From positions 1 through 60,555 of the IMG/VR virus record IMGVR_UViG_3300024046_000019: 60,555 bases of DNA, one strand, 5' to 3'. The DNA comes from a virus. Taxonomy: Duplodnaviria > Caudoviricetes. Below, piece after piece: positions 9,267 to 19,085 of this stretch (its first letter is position 1; each line of letters starts with the position of its first letter). Below the pieces are notes generated by a model. That model was not told where the DNA came from. It saw only the letters and a program-made list of their open reading frames with translations, and made no database searches. The translations under genes were made by a program, and so were the position numbers.

Positions 9267-10025
9267 ATGTTCATGACCAGCAGTAAGGCACAGCGCCAAG
9301 ATGACGCCCCTGCCGTTCGCAGGATCAAGTATCGGCCGCCAAATTCGCCGCAGACCGTCGGGCTCACTAATCTTCTGGAGTATTGTGGGCGCCCCATAGA
9401 GGATGCACGTGCTGATCTGTTCAGAAAGGACGGCGAGGCGGAGCCGATTATATACTGGGCCGGAAATCTGGAGTTGCTACGCAAGCCGTCTGTCTCCGTC
9501 ATTGGCGCCAGATCAGTATCCGACGATGGACTTCGTAGGGCAGGAAAGATTGCTCGGGAACTCGCCTCTGCCGGCATCGTTGTCACAAGTGGGTTGGCGA
9601 AAGGCGTGGACGGAGCGGCGCATCGGGGCGCATTGGCCGTCGGCGGAGACACCATTGCCGTCATCGGCACGCCCCTGAACAAGGCATATCCAGCCGAACA
9701 TGCCGAGCTTCAAGAGGAAATCTGGCTGGAGCATCTATTAATCTCACAGTTCGCTCCGGGACAGAAAACGTGGCCTTCGGATTTTCCGAAGCGTAACCGA
9801 CTGATGGCTCAGCTTACCGATGCGAGCGTGATCGTTGAGGCGTCCGACTCGTCGGGGACACTCCATCAAGCTGCCGAGTGCCTGCGGTTAGGGCGCTGGC
9901 TATTCATCATGCGGTCGGTGGTTGAAGATACACGGTTGTCCTGGCCCGCGAAATTTGTTGGTCACCCAAAGGTTGTGGTGTTGACCGCTTCCACCGATAT
10001 CGTCGACCGGGTTACTCGTAACTAG
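9267..10025 (+). CDS. DprA/SMF (SLOG) family protein
   Basis: VSVIGAR, VVTSGLAKGVDGAAHRGAL, TIAVIGTPL, FPKRNRLMA, VEASDSSGT. Confidence 0.92.
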   Translation: MFMTSSKAQRQDDAPAVRRIKYRPPNSPQTVGLTNLLEYCGRPIEDARADLFRKDGEAEPIIYWAGNLELLRKPSVSVIGARSVSDDGLRRAGKIARELASAGIVVTSGLAKGVDGAAHRGALAVGGDTIAVIGTPLNKAYPAEHAELQEEIWLEHLLISQFAPGQKTWPSDFPKRNRLMAQLTDASVIVEASDSSGTLHQAAECLRLGRWLFIMRSVVEDTRLSWPAKFVGHPKVVVLTASTDIVDRVTRN

Positions 10026-10578
10026 TTTGCCCCATTGCCAAACATATAACCTTCTCGACCCCTGCATGCAGCAGAAGTTGCCTAGATGCTGCCAGTGAAT
10101 TTCCTGTTGTCATTATGTCGTCCAGTATGATGACTACGTGGCCGTTGATACGTTCAATCTTGTGGACAGCAAGACTGTCAAGGTGGACTTGCATCGCCCT
10201 GTTTCCACCTGAAGCCAACTTCTGGATGGATTTTGTTCGCCTGAGCAAGTCATAAGCATCCAGCGCCCCACACGCCGAGGCATACCGAGACGCTAACTGT
10301 TGCACTCCAGACCGAATTTTGGTGGCGTCGCTCGACGGTACAGCGGCGATGGCTAGCAATGTATTGGTCTTAATATTTTCGATCAGCAGTCTTTGGCAGT
10401 AGGACAGGCCTCGCTCCTTGCCTTCCTTCAAATCCAACAACTTTCCACTATGCGTTGGATAGGTCCAACTTGGCTCTCCCATCACGTGCTTGTGGTAGTT
10501 GTATGGGCGATATTTCCCGAGCGCGTGGATCACGTCTGGAGCGGGAATCGCGGGATGTGGAATGCTGATCGTTGGCAT
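10012..10578 (-). CDS. Type I phosphoribosyltransferase (ComF/ShosT-like)
   Basis: PRPP-binding motif VIILDDIMTTGNSL; AAVPSS. Confidence 0.88.
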   Translation of the reverse strand: MPTISIPHPAIPAPDVIHALGKYRPYNYHKHVMGEPSWTYPTHSGKLLDLKEGKERGLSYCQRLLIENIKTNTLLAIAAVPSSDATKIRSGVQQLASRYASACGALDAYDLLRRTKSIQKLASGGNRAMQVHLDSLAVHKIERINGHVVIILDDIMTTGNSLAASRQLLLHAGVEKVICLAMGQTSYE

Positions 10579-10632
10579 GGGTTATCTTGATAGCGCGCCG
10601 ACCAAAAAGAGTCTCGTCTAGGAAGCGGAGTG

Positions 10633-10881
10633 TCACCGCCTCAAATGCTGCTCGATCAATTCCCGCGCCATGTCCATAACCTCGCCATAGCCCGGCACCC
10701 GGTCGGCCGATGCCTGCTGCATCTCGAGCAGCAATAGTGCCTGCTCATAGACCTCTACGGTTTCTTCTCCGGACAGCAGGCCCTTGTCGTGTAGGGATTG
10801 GACCAAGGCAGCAAGAATAGCCGCACTAGACAGCGTGACCGCCGCGACCGTGGGGGAGGGACCTTCGTTGTCACCGGCCAT
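10633..10881 (-). CDS. Small hypothetical protein
   Basis: AGGA RBS; helical composition. Confidence 0.65.
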   Translation of the reverse strand: MAGDNEGPSPTVAAVTLSSAAILAALVQSLHDKGLLSGEETVEVYEQALLLLEMQQASADRVPGYGEVMDMARELIEQHLRR

Positions 10882-10926
10882 TCCTACTCAACTCCTCCCC
10901 ATTCAACCCGTTTCTACCCTCCGCAA

Positions 10927-11442
10927 CTATTGCGCGCGAAGCTGCGTGTTCTCCTGTGCGATAGAGAAAAGCCCCATCGTCTCAAGTGGCAACACAATAT
11001 CCGCCATGATCGACATGCCCCGTTCTGACTGCCTACGGAGCACTGCACTGCATCTCTCCAATTCAGAGCGCAGCTGCGCTTTCTCATCTTCCGGTAGATC
11101 AGCGAGTCCTGGCTGGCTGCTGATTTCCTCAATCCGGGCACCACACTTGTCAGACTCTGGGCTTCTGATTTCGACTTCGGGGCTGAACGTTCCGTCGTCG
11201 TTGACCTTGAAATTGCAGAAGCTCTGCCGAGGCTTGGGTTCGACGTTCAGAACCTCATAGGTGTAATCGATCGTCACCTGTAAACCTGAGACGGCCGCGC
11301 CTGTCCGCTGATAGTGCTCGGGCGCGGGCTTGCCTCCAAGTAGGATGAATTCGCACACTGCTACTGCAGGGTCATCGTACGGCTGGGCTGCAACCGGCAA
11401 CGCCAGCATCATCACCAGCCCTATCCCCGCCAGAGCCCTCAT
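10927..11442 (-). CDS. Exported protein downstream of cI (possible superinfection-exclusion role)
   Basis: Signal peptide MRALAGIGLVMMLALPVAA; four Cys; same strand as cI. Function is inference. Confidence 0.65.
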   Translation of the reverse strand: MRALAGIGLVMMLALPVAAQPYDDPAVAVCEFILLGGKPAPEHYQRTGAAVSGLQVTIDYTYEVLNVEPKPRQSFCNFKVNDDGTFSPEVEIRSPESDKCGARIEEISSQPGLADLPEDEKAQLRSELERCSAVLRRQSERGMSIMADIVLPLETMGLFSIAQENTQLRAQ

Positions 11443-11467
11443 TGCCTTTGCCCCCAATTATTCGCCT

Positions 11468-12208
11468 TCACGGCCGGCTGATGCGCCCAACTACGCGCCC
11501 AACGATCCTGAAATCATCCGGTTTCAGGCGCACTTCATCGTCCGGAAAGGCTTCAGAGATGATGCGGAACGTTTTCGTTTCCGCAGTGCGATCCACCTTG
11601 ACCGTCTTCACCTGGAAATTTTCATCATCGAAGGCGATGGCGTAGATGGCGTCTGCCACCCAGGTGTTTTGCGCAACATCCACGATTACGCGGTCACCCT
11701 CGTAAAGCCGAGGCTCCATGCTGTGCCCGATAACGGGCACGATGATGGTTGTGTCCGGACGCCCGCCAAGGCCATGGCGCAGAAATGTGGGGGGAATGAC
11801 CCATTCGGCGGCCACGGAGTGGCCTGAAGCCACACCCTTGGTTTGGACGTGCGCCACCATCCCATCCATCTTGCCATTTCCAAGGCCGCCAGCGGCTATT
11901 GTCTCGGGCGCGCTGCCAGGCAGCCGCCCCTTGAAGACGACCTTGCCGTCAACAAGCGCGACGCCGTTGTCATCGAATCGAACCTCTGGCACGTCCGGAA
12001 CGTCCGGGTCAAAAGTGCTGTACGGTTTGGCGGGTTTGCCAATGACCCGCTCGTAAAGCTCTGCCAGCTTATCCCGGCTGGGACCCTCGGGGTCTGTGCC
12101 CTTTTCCCAGCGCCCTACGGTCGTTTGAGAAACGCCGCAGAAGTCACCGATTTGAGACTGGGTCCAGCCGGCGGCTCGGATTTCAGCGGTCATTTTCGCA
12201 GTATTCAT
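11468..12208 (-). CDS. cI: CI-like repressor (HTH-XRE plus S24 autopeptidase)
   Basis: WTQSQIGDFCGVSQTTVGRWE HTH; GHSMEP (Ser) and QVKTV (Lys); IVGRVV end. The longer N-terminus in the ORF track is spurious. Confidence 0.92.
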   Translation of the reverse strand: MNTAKMTAEIRAAGWTQSQIGDFCGVSQTTVGRWEKGTDPEGPSRDKLAELYERVIGKPAKPYSTFDPDVPDVPEVRFDDNGVALVDGKVVFKGRLPGSAPETIAAGGLGNGKMDGMVAHVQTKGVASGHSVAAEWVIPPTFLRHGLGGRPDTTIIVPVIGHSMEPRLYEGDRVIVDVAQNTWVADAIYAIAFDDENFQVKTVKVDRTAETKTFRIISEAFPDDEVRLKPDDFRIVGRVVGRISRP

Positions 12209-12223
12209 GGCGCTGGACGCTAT

Positions 12224-12295
12224 ATCCGCATTTGCATAAGACAAAATGCGTTCACGCATAATTCCTCTTGCATGGTTAATGCATTCGTGCATAAT
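12224..12295. promoter_or_regulatory. OR-like operators and PR-like promoter
   Basis: ATCCGCATTTGCAT (12224-12237), ATGCGTTCACGCAT (12246-12259), ATGCATTCGTGCAT (12279-12292); TTGCAT-N16-CATAAT ends 6 nt before the cro ATG. Confidence 0.78.
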
Positions 12296-12301
12296 GGCCG
12301 C

Positions 12302-12523
12302 ATGAACGCGATCCGACACATCCGAACCGAGGTCTTCAATCTCAAGCAAGCGGAGTTTGCCGCTGTCGCTGGAGTGAAGCAGTCGACGGTTTCCCGGTGG
12401 GAAAACGGTGGCGAACCTTCGCTTGAGGAAATGCGCGCTATTCGCCGCGCCGCGATCGCTCGGGGCATTCAGTGGAACGACGAGTGGTTTTTCCGCGCCC
12501 CTGCATCGGAGACCGCCGCATGA
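12302..12523 (+). CDS. cro: Cro-like HTH regulator
   Basis: LKQAEFAAVAGVKQSTVSRWENG; divergent from cI. Confidence 0.88.
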   Translation: MNAIRHIRTEVFNLKQAEFAAVAGVKQSTVSRWENGGEPSLEEMRAIRRAAIARGIQWNDEWFFRAPASETAA

Positions 12524-12643
12524 TGCCTCGCCTCGCGTCCATCGGCCCGCCTTAGCGCCAGCCACAACCCCCTGAATTCCAACCCCAGCAGCTTTTCTGC
12601 GCCTTGAGCGCCATCGGCTGCGCTTTGCCTGGAGAAACCAGCA

Positions 12644-13021
12644 ATGGATCAGAGACCATCCTCCACCCGCAATAAGGCAGAAGCTCCTGCCGTTACCGAG
12701 GCGAAGAAGCGGGCCACCATCCCGACCCGACCGGTTATCCAGCATACCAGTCTGTTCCGGGCCGAACTGCAGGCCGCGCTCCGCCGGGCGAACGGTGCGC
12801 TGCTCAATGCGGACAACGCCTTGTCCGTGGCCGCCGATGATCGGGACGCCGATATGGCGCTGGTCAGTCAGCGGTTTGATGCCATCCGGGCCCAGATCGA
12901 TGCCGAGCGCGACGATATCCTGCGCAACATCGCCGGCATTGAGGCAGCGCTTGCCGCGACCGGCCCCAAGGAAACCGAGGGCAAGGTCGTGCCTCTCCAC
13001 AATGGCGGAGAGGCGGCATGA
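12644..13021 (+). CDS. Coiled-coil hypothetical protein
   Basis: GGAG RBS; ATGA overlap with the next gene. Confidence 0.65.
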   Translation: MDQRPSSTRNKAEAPAVTEAKKRATIPTRPVIQHTSLFRAELQAALRRANGALLNADNALSVAADDRDADMALVSQRFDAIRAQIDAERDDILRNIAGIEAALAATGPKETEGKVVPLHNGGEAA

Positions 13022-13404
13022 TCACGATTGCCCTGCCTTTTCCGGTCAAGCTGCTCTGGCCGAATGGTCGCCCGCCGCATTGGGCTGCAAAGCATCGTGC
13101 GATCAAGGCGGCGCGGAAGCTGGCCTGGCAGGAAACCCGCGTCGCTCTCGGCCCGCATGAGCCGGACTGGCAGAAGGTCAATCTGGCCTGGGTCGTTCAC
13201 CCCAAGACCGCGCACCATATTGATGATGATGCACCGCCCGCTGCGCTCAAGGCCTTTCGAGACGGAATTGCCGATGCTCTCGGCATAGACGACGCCCATT
13301 TCACCGCGACCTACACCATCGGCGCACCGGTCAGGGGCGGGGCCATCGAGGTCTCGCTGTCGGAAGCGGTCCAACCCTCCCAAATCGATGGAGCCCAGCC
13401 ATGA
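13018..13404 (+). CDS. RusA-like Holliday junction resolvase (divergent)
   Basis: LPFP..LWPN, DDD...KAFRDGIADALGIDDAHF. Confidence 0.75.
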   Translation: MITIALPFPVKLLWPNGRPPHWAAKHRAIKAARKLAWQETRVALGPHEPDWQKVNLAWVVHPKTAHHIDDDAPPAALKAFRDGIADALGIDDAHFTATYTIGAPVRGGAIEVSLSEAVQPSQIDGAQP

Positions 13405-14564
13405 AGCTCGTCACCACGGCGCAGCAGCTGCGCAGCGCGTTGAATTTGTTCCGTCCGATCATCGAGCAGCGCAACGCCTATCCGGTTCTCGGCACGGTCC
13501 TGTTCGACGGCGCTACGGTTCGCGGAACCAATCTCGACCAGGAGATTGTCGTCACTATGGTGGCGTCAGAAGCCAAGGGCAGGGCGGCGATTGATTATCG
13601 CACGCTACTCCGGCTGGTCGCGCTGATCCCCAGCAGCGACACGGTGACCATCCTCGGTGGCAAGAAGGATAGCGCCTCGATCTCATTCTCGTCGGGCCGC
13701 TATGACCTGCCGTGTGTCGATCCCGACGCCTATCCAGAGCCCGGATGGTCGGGGCAGGGCGCTGTTGAGACCATCCCGGCCACCGGCCTGCGTGATGCCC
13801 TGGCTTTCGTGGCGCCCACCATCTCCAGCGAAGAAACCCGCTATTATCTCTGCGGGGTGTCGTTCCAGCGAAACCACGCTGGCGCATCCGTGCTGGTCAC
13901 CACCGATGGCCATCGCATGTCGGTGACGCCGTTTGCCACAGGCCCGGCCTTTGATGGCCTGATCGTGCCGCGCCGGGCGGTCGATGCCCTGCTCAGGATG
14001 GTCGAGCCGGCGCGTATCGAACGGCTGCCGCGCGAAACCTATCTCCGCTTCGCATGGGCCGGCATGACGCTCACCACGAAGCTGATCCAGGGCACCTATC
14101 CGGATTGGCAGCGCGTCGTCCCTCGCTTCGACGGTGATGATCGCCACCACATCATCTTCGACCGGAAAGAACTGGTAACGGCCCTGTTCCGTGTCAGTGC
14201 CGTTGGGGCGCGACGGTGGCAGGGACCGGCAACCACGCTGGCCTATGACGCGCTCGGTGCGACGATTTCCGCTGTCTCCGCCGATTATGGCACTGGTCGG
14301 GAATTTCTGGCCAAGGCCGTGGTGCAGAATGTCGGTGGCGAGCACGTAACCAGCTTCCGCTCCAACTACATGATTAGCCTGCTCAAGAGCTTTGCCAGCC
14401 ACGATCAGGTGCGGCTCGCCGTCATCGACGGCAACAGCCCGATGCGGCTCTCGGTCGGTGGCGACGCCTTCACCCTTCTCATGCCGATGCGCGGTGCTGA
14501 CGAGAAATTGGCGCTCGAAACCCTGCATGAAGTCACGGCCTCGGTGGGGAGGGCTGCGGCGTGA
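13401..14564 (+). CDS. dnaN: DNA polymerase III beta sliding clamp homologue
   Basis: GTNLDQEI, ISSEETRYYLCGV, TTDGHRM, TKLIQGTYPDWQRVVP, LLMPMR. Confidence 0.92.
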   Translation: MKLVTTAQQLRSALNLFRPIIEQRNAYPVLGTVLFDGATVRGTNLDQEIVVTMVASEAKGRAAIDYRTLLRLVALIPSSDTVTILGGKKDSASISFSSGRYDLPCVDPDAYPEPGWSGQGAVETIPATGLRDALAFVAPTISSEETRYYLCGVSFQRNHAGASVLVTTDGHRMSVTPFATGPAFDGLIVPRRAVDALLRMVEPARIERLPRETYLRFAWAGMTLTTKLIQGTYPDWQRVVPRFDGDDRHHIIFDRKELVTALFRVSAVGARRWQGPATTLAYDALGATISAVSADYGTGREFLAKAVVQNVGGEHVTSFRSNYMISLLKSFASHDQVRLAVIDGNSPMRLSVGGDAFTLLMPMRGADEKLALETLHEVTASVGRAAA

Positions 14565-16729
14565 ACGCAATCCTCCACAATTCCTTCCGCGCCTTTGCCG
14601 AGGCGCACGGCTTCGATCTTGAGCAGGAGCTGGTGATTGATTGTTTCGCCGGAGGCGGCGGGGCGAGCGAGGGCATGGAAATGGCCATGGCCTCGATGAA
14701 GGCGGCCGGCCTGCTCGCGCAGTCCCATCGCTGCGTGGTCGACATCGCGATCAATCACGACCCGAAGGCCATCGCCATGCACATGGCGAACCACCCAAAG
14801 ACGATGCACCTGACGGCCGACATCTGGACCGCCGATCCGCTGACCGTCACTGGCGGCATCGCAGTCGGCGCCCTCTGGGCGTCTCCGGATTGTCGGGGGT
14901 TCTCCAAAGCGAAGGGTGGCGCGCCGGTCAGCAAGTCGGTGCGGTCTCTGGCGTGGGTCGTGGCGCATTGGGCCGAGCAGGTCCGGCCCCGCGAAATCTA
15001 CATGGAGAACGTCGAGGAATTCCAGGACTGGGGCGACCTCGATCCCAAGAGCCGTCCGGACAAATCGCTCAAGGGCAAGGAGTTCAACCGCTGGGTGAAG
15101 CGGTTCCGCCGCATGGGATATCGGGTGGAATGGCGCGTCCTGAGGGCTAACTTCTTCGGCGCGCCGACGATCCGGAAGCGCCTTTACATCATGATGCGCT
15201 GCGACGGCGAGCCGATTATCTGGCCCGAAGAAACGCATGCCGATCCGAAGTCACCCGAGGTCGCCCGCGGCCAGAAACTGGCCTGGCCGGTCGCGGCCGA
15301 CATTCTCGATTTCGACCGGCCGTGCCCGTCGATCCTGATGACGAAAAATGAGGCCAAAGCCTACACCAAGGCCACCGGCGTCAAGATCATCCGGCCGCTG
15401 GCCTACAACAGTGAGGAGCGGATTGCCAAAGGCACGAAGCGCTATGTCATCGACAAGGGCGACGACGCCTTCCTTGCCCTGCTCAACCACGGCGGAGATG
15501 GCTTCCGCGGGCAGGGGGTCGACGAGGGCCTTGATACCGTCACCCGGGCACGCGATGCCCGCGGGCTGGTCGCCCCATATATGGTTCCCCGGTATGGCGA
15601 GCGCGCCGGCCAAGCGCCGCGCAGCCGTCCTGTCGACCAATCGGCACCGACCGTTGTCAAGGGCGGCAATGGCGGAAATCTGGTCGAGGCGCAGATCGCG
15701 CCGTTCCTCTCCCATGGACAGCAAGGCGGCCGCAGTCGCTCGGTGGAAGCCCCGACGCACACTATCGCCGCGTCGATCAAGGATACGAACCAGGTGGTTT
15801 CGGTCTTTGTCTCGAAGCACACAACTGGCGGCGTCGGCTCCGGTGCTGACGAAGGCGTCGGCACCGTCACCGCCAATAGCTTCCACAAGCGCCCCGGCGG
15901 TGCGTCGCCTCTAGGCGCTACGGCCGTGTTTCTGGCCCAAAAGAACACCGATGTTGTGGGGCACGAAGCGGGTGAGAGTGTTTCGACGATAACTCGAAAC
16001 GGGTCCAACCAAAGCGTGGTGGCCGCGTATCTCGGGCGCCAGTTCGGGAACTCGGTTGGCAGCGACGTCAAAAACCCCGTCGGCACGATCATGGCGGACG
16101 TGGAAAAGACCCAGGTCGTTTCCGCACACATAATTTCCATGAAGGGCAGCGATCGCCGCGCCTCGTCGGTAGAGACGCCCGCCAATGCGACGACTGCCCA
16201 AGGCCAGCATACCGGCGTCGTGATGCCGTTCATGACGGCCTACTTCGGCTCGGACGAAGTGGGCGGGGCTCCTGATGCTCCGTTCCGCACCGTCACGGTG
16301 AAGCCGCGCTTCGGCCATGTCGAGGCGGAGGTCGAGGTTCGGCCGCTGACCGACGCGCAATTGAACAGCGCTCGTAAGGTCGCGACTTTCCTTCGCAAAT
16401 ACGGTTGCTGGGATGACCGCGAATTCGTGACGCTGACCATCCGTGGCGTCGAATTCATCATCATCGATATCGGCATGCGAATGCTGACCCCGCGCGAGCT
16501 CGCCCGGGCCCAAGGGTTCCGCGAAACCTACATTCTCGCTGCGCCCTTCAACGGCGGCCTCCTCACCGAGACGGACCAGCGGCACAAGATCGGCAATTCT
16601 GTCTGCCCCGACATGGCCTGCGTGCTGTTCCGCAACAATTACCGGCCGAAGCCGCGCCTCGTCGTCGACAATGACCAGGGCTGGCTTTTTTCGGCCGCTT
16701 CGGAAGATGCGCGGAGGGCAGCGGCATGA
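14561..16729 (+). CDS. C5-cytosine DNA methyltransferase with long internal insertion
   Basis: DCFAGGGGAS (motif I), ASPDC (IV), MENV (VI), RKRL (VIII), RMLTPRELARAQGF (IX), IGNSV (X). Confidence 0.93.
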   Translation: MNAILHNSFRAFAEAHGFDLEQELVIDCFAGGGGASEGMEMAMASMKAAGLLAQSHRCVVDIAINHDPKAIAMHMANHPKTMHLTADIWTADPLTVTGGIAVGALWASPDCRGFSKAKGGAPVSKSVRSLAWVVAHWAEQVRPREIYMENVEEFQDWGDLDPKSRPDKSLKGKEFNRWVKRFRRMGYRVEWRVLRANFFGAPTIRKRLYIMMRCDGEPIIWPEETHADPKSPEVARGQKLAWPVAADILDFDRPCPSILMTKNEAKAYTKATGVKIIRPLAYNSEERIAKGTKRYVIDKGDDAFLALLNHGGDGFRGQGVDEGLDTVTRARDARGLVAPYMVPRYGERAGQAPRSRPVDQSAPTVVKGGNGGNLVEAQIAPFLSHGQQGGRSRSVEAPTHTIAASIKDTNQVVSVFVSKHTTGGVGSGADEGVGTVTANSFHKRPGGASPLGATAVFLAQKNTDVVGHEAGESVSTITRNGSNQSVVAAYLGRQFGNSVGSDVKNPVGTIMADVEKTQVVSAHIISMKGSDRRASSVETPANATTAQGQHTGVVMPFMTAYFGSDEVGGAPDAPFRTVTVKPRFGHVEAEVEVRPLTDAQLNSARKVATFLRKYGCWDDREFVTLTIRGVEFIIIDIGMRMLTPRELARAQGFRETYILAAPFNGGLLTETDQRHKIGNSVCPDMACVLFRNNYRPKPRLVVDNDQGWLFSAASEDARRAAA

Positions 16730-18108
16730 CCCTTCAAGCCAATTCCAACTACGGCGATTTTCTTCGCATGAAGCAGCACGAAGGCGCTGATGGCGGTTTC
16801 GAGCCGACCTTCATGCCGCCAGAGGCCTTCGATTTCCAGCAGTCGATGATCGAGTACAGCGTTCGGAAGGGCAGGGCCGCCCTGTTCGAAGATTGCGGGA
16901 TGGGCAAGACGCTCCAGTTCCTATCCTGGAGCCAGAACGTCATCGAGCACACCAACCGCCCGGTCCTGGTGCTGGCCCCGCTCGCTGTCGCCGGACAGAC
17001 GGTTCGGGAGGCCGAGAAATTCGGCATCGAGGCCTGCCGGTCATCCGATGGCGCGCGCTCGAGCAAACTGGTCGTCACCAATTATGAGCGCCTGGTCCAC
17101 TTCGACCCGAACGACTTCGCCGGCGTCGTCTGCGACGAAAGCTCCATCCTGAAATCCTTCGACGGTGCGCGGAAAGCGGAAATCACCGATTTCATGCGGA
17201 AGGTGGAGTACCGCCTTCTGGCGACGGCGACCGCTGCGCCGAACGACTACATCGAGCTCGGAACGTCCTCCGAGGCCCTTGGCTACATGGGCCACATGGA
17301 CATGCTGAACCGGTTCTTCAAAAACGACCAGAACAACAGCGCGACCCGTCGCATGTACGGCGAGGCGCCGAAGTGGCGGTTCAAAGGTCATGCCGAGCTG
17401 GCGTTCTGGCGCTGGGTCTGCTCATGGGCCCGCGCCATGCGCAAGCCGTCCGACCTGGGCTTCGATGATGGCGCGTTCCAACTGCCGCCGCTGGTCGAAA
17501 ACCTGCATTTGGTCGAGGCTGGCTCGACGCCGGACGGCATGCTTTTCGACATGCCGGCGACCACGCTGCCGGAACAGCGAGAAGAAAAGAAACGCACGAT
17601 CCGGGAGCGCTGCGAGCGCGCCGCCGAACTTGCCTCGCATGGCGAACCGGTTCTGCTCTGGTGCCAGTTCAACGAGGAAGCCGATCTGCTGGAGCAGATG
17701 ATCCCGGGCGCTATGCAGGTGGCGGGATCGCATCGCGATGAGGTCAAAGAGGAACGCTTCATGGCGTTCATAGATGGCGGCATTCGGGCGCTCATCACCA
17801 AGCCCAAAATTGGCGCGCTGGGCCTCAATTTCCAGCACTGCGCCCACATGATCGATTTTCCCTCCCACTCCTTCGAGCAGTACTACCAGGGCGTGCGGCG
17901 CTGCTGGCGGTTTGGCCAGAAGCGAGAGGTCGTGGTCGATACGGTCATGACCGAGGGCGAGCGCAAGATCATCGAAAATCGCCGACGCAAGGCCGGCGCT
18001 GCCGAAGTGATGTTCGCCAACCTAATCGCCGAAATGAACGACGCATTGAGCGTTCACACGGCCAAGCAATTCGACAAAATCATGGAGCTTCCAGCATGGG
18101 CGGCGTGA
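16726..18108 (+). CDS. SNF2-like SF2 helicase
   Basis: DCGMGKT, VCDESS, TATAAPND, QGVRRCWRFGQ. Confidence 0.88.
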   Translation: MTLQANSNYGDFLRMKQHEGADGGFEPTFMPPEAFDFQQSMIEYSVRKGRAALFEDCGMGKTLQFLSWSQNVIEHTNRPVLVLAPLAVAGQTVREAEKFGIEACRSSDGARSSKLVVTNYERLVHFDPNDFAGVVCDESSILKSFDGARKAEITDFMRKVEYRLLATATAAPNDYIELGTSSEALGYMGHMDMLNRFFKNDQNNSATRRMYGEAPKWRFKGHAELAFWRWVCSWARAMRKPSDLGFDDGAFQLPPLVENLHLVEAGSTPDGMLFDMPATTLPEQREEKKRTIRERCERAAELASHGEPVLLWCQFNEEADLLEQMIPGAMQVAGSHRDEVKEERFMAFIDGGIRALITKPKIGALGLNFQHCAHMIDFPSHSFEQYYQGVRRCWRFGQKREVVVDTVMTEGERKIIENRRRKAGAAEVMFANLIAEMNDALSVHTAKQFDKIMELPAWAA

Positions 18109-19085
18109 TCGACCAGCGCATCACCGATGACTTTGCCATCTATAATGGCGATTGCGTCGACGTGATGAAGGGCATTCCGGACGAGACGGTTCATCTGTCG
18201 GTCTACTCGCCGCCGTTCGGCGGGCTCTATCACTATTCGAGCGATGAGCGCGACCTGTCCAACTGCAGGGATTATGACCAGTTCTTTGACCACTACGGTT
18301 TTGTGGTCAGCGAACTGGCCCGCATCACCATGCGCGGCCGCTGCTCGGCCGTGCACTGCATGGACGTGCCGACCGGCAATACGGGGTCGGATGCCTATAT
18401 CGACTTCCCGGGCGATATCATTCGCCTGCATCAGGCCATGGGCTTCCATTTCGTTGCCCGCCATGCCGTCTGGAAAGAGCCGCTTTGGGTCCGTAATCGG
18501 ACCATGCAGAAGAACCTGGCGCACAAGACCGCGGTCGATGACAGCGTTCAGTGTGGTGTCGCCTCGGCCGACTATGTGCTGATCTTCCGCAATAAGGGCG
18601 AGAACCCCGTGCCGGTGGCCCATCCTACCGGCTTCCTCGAATACGCTGGCGACGACAGCAAGATGCCGACCGAGGTCCGCAAATGGCGTGGCTTCGATGG
18701 CGACCAGAAGACCAACAAGTTTTCGCACTGGATCTGGCGCCGCTATGCGTCGTCCATCTGGGATGACATTCGCATGGGCCGGGTTCTCCCCTATCAGGAG
18801 AGCCGGGACGAGGACGACGAAAAGCACGTCCATCCGCTGCAACTGGACGTGATTGATCGCGTGATCCAGATGCGCAGCAACCCGGGCGAAACGGTGTTCA
18901 CGCCGTTCATGGGCGTGGGCAGCGAGGTTTGGTCAGCGGTTACCAAAGGCCGACGTGGCATCGGCGCCGAGTTGAAGCCTAGCTATTACCGCCAGGCTAT
19001 TCGCAATCTTTCCATGGCGGCATTCGGCGAGCGCTTGGAGCCCGACGCGCAGGAAGACATGTTCGTGGAGGCGTTCCATGCCTGA
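18105..19085 (+). CDS. N4-cytosine/N6-adenine DNA methyltransferase (beta class)
   Basis: YSPPF near the N-terminus, PFMGVGS AdoMet motif near the C-terminus; GTG start overlapping the upstream stop. Confidence 0.9.
   Translation: MIDQRITDDFAIYNGDCVDVMKGIPDETVHLSVYSPPFGGLYHYSSDERDLSNCRDYDQFFDHYGFVVSELARITMRGRCSAVHCMDVPTGNTGSDAYIDFPGDIIRLHQAMGFHFVARHAVWKEPLWVRNRTMQKNLAHKTAVDDSVQCGVASADYVLIFRNKGENPVPVAHPTGFLEYAGDDSKMPTEVRKWRGFDGDQKTNKFSHWIWRRYASSIWDDIRMGRVLPYQESRDEDDEKHVHPLQLDVIDRVIQMRSNPGETVFTPFMGVGSEVWSAVTKGRRGIGAELKPSYYRQAIRNLSMAAFGERLEPDAQEDMFVEAFHA

Noticed and set aside
9267-10578. Natural-competence dprA/comF locus
   Set aside because: DprA lacks the usual extra domains, the PRTase lacks the ComF zinc finger, and the context is a prophage immunity region.
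12209-13000. 510-aa ORF as a long repressor fusion
   Set aside because: The extension is antisense to cro and crosses the operators; the HTH begins after ATG 12208.
14561-19085. Restriction-modification, BREX or DISARM system
   Set aside because: No cognate nuclease or other core genes; the genes are coupled within the lytic early operon, typical of orphan phage methyltransferases.
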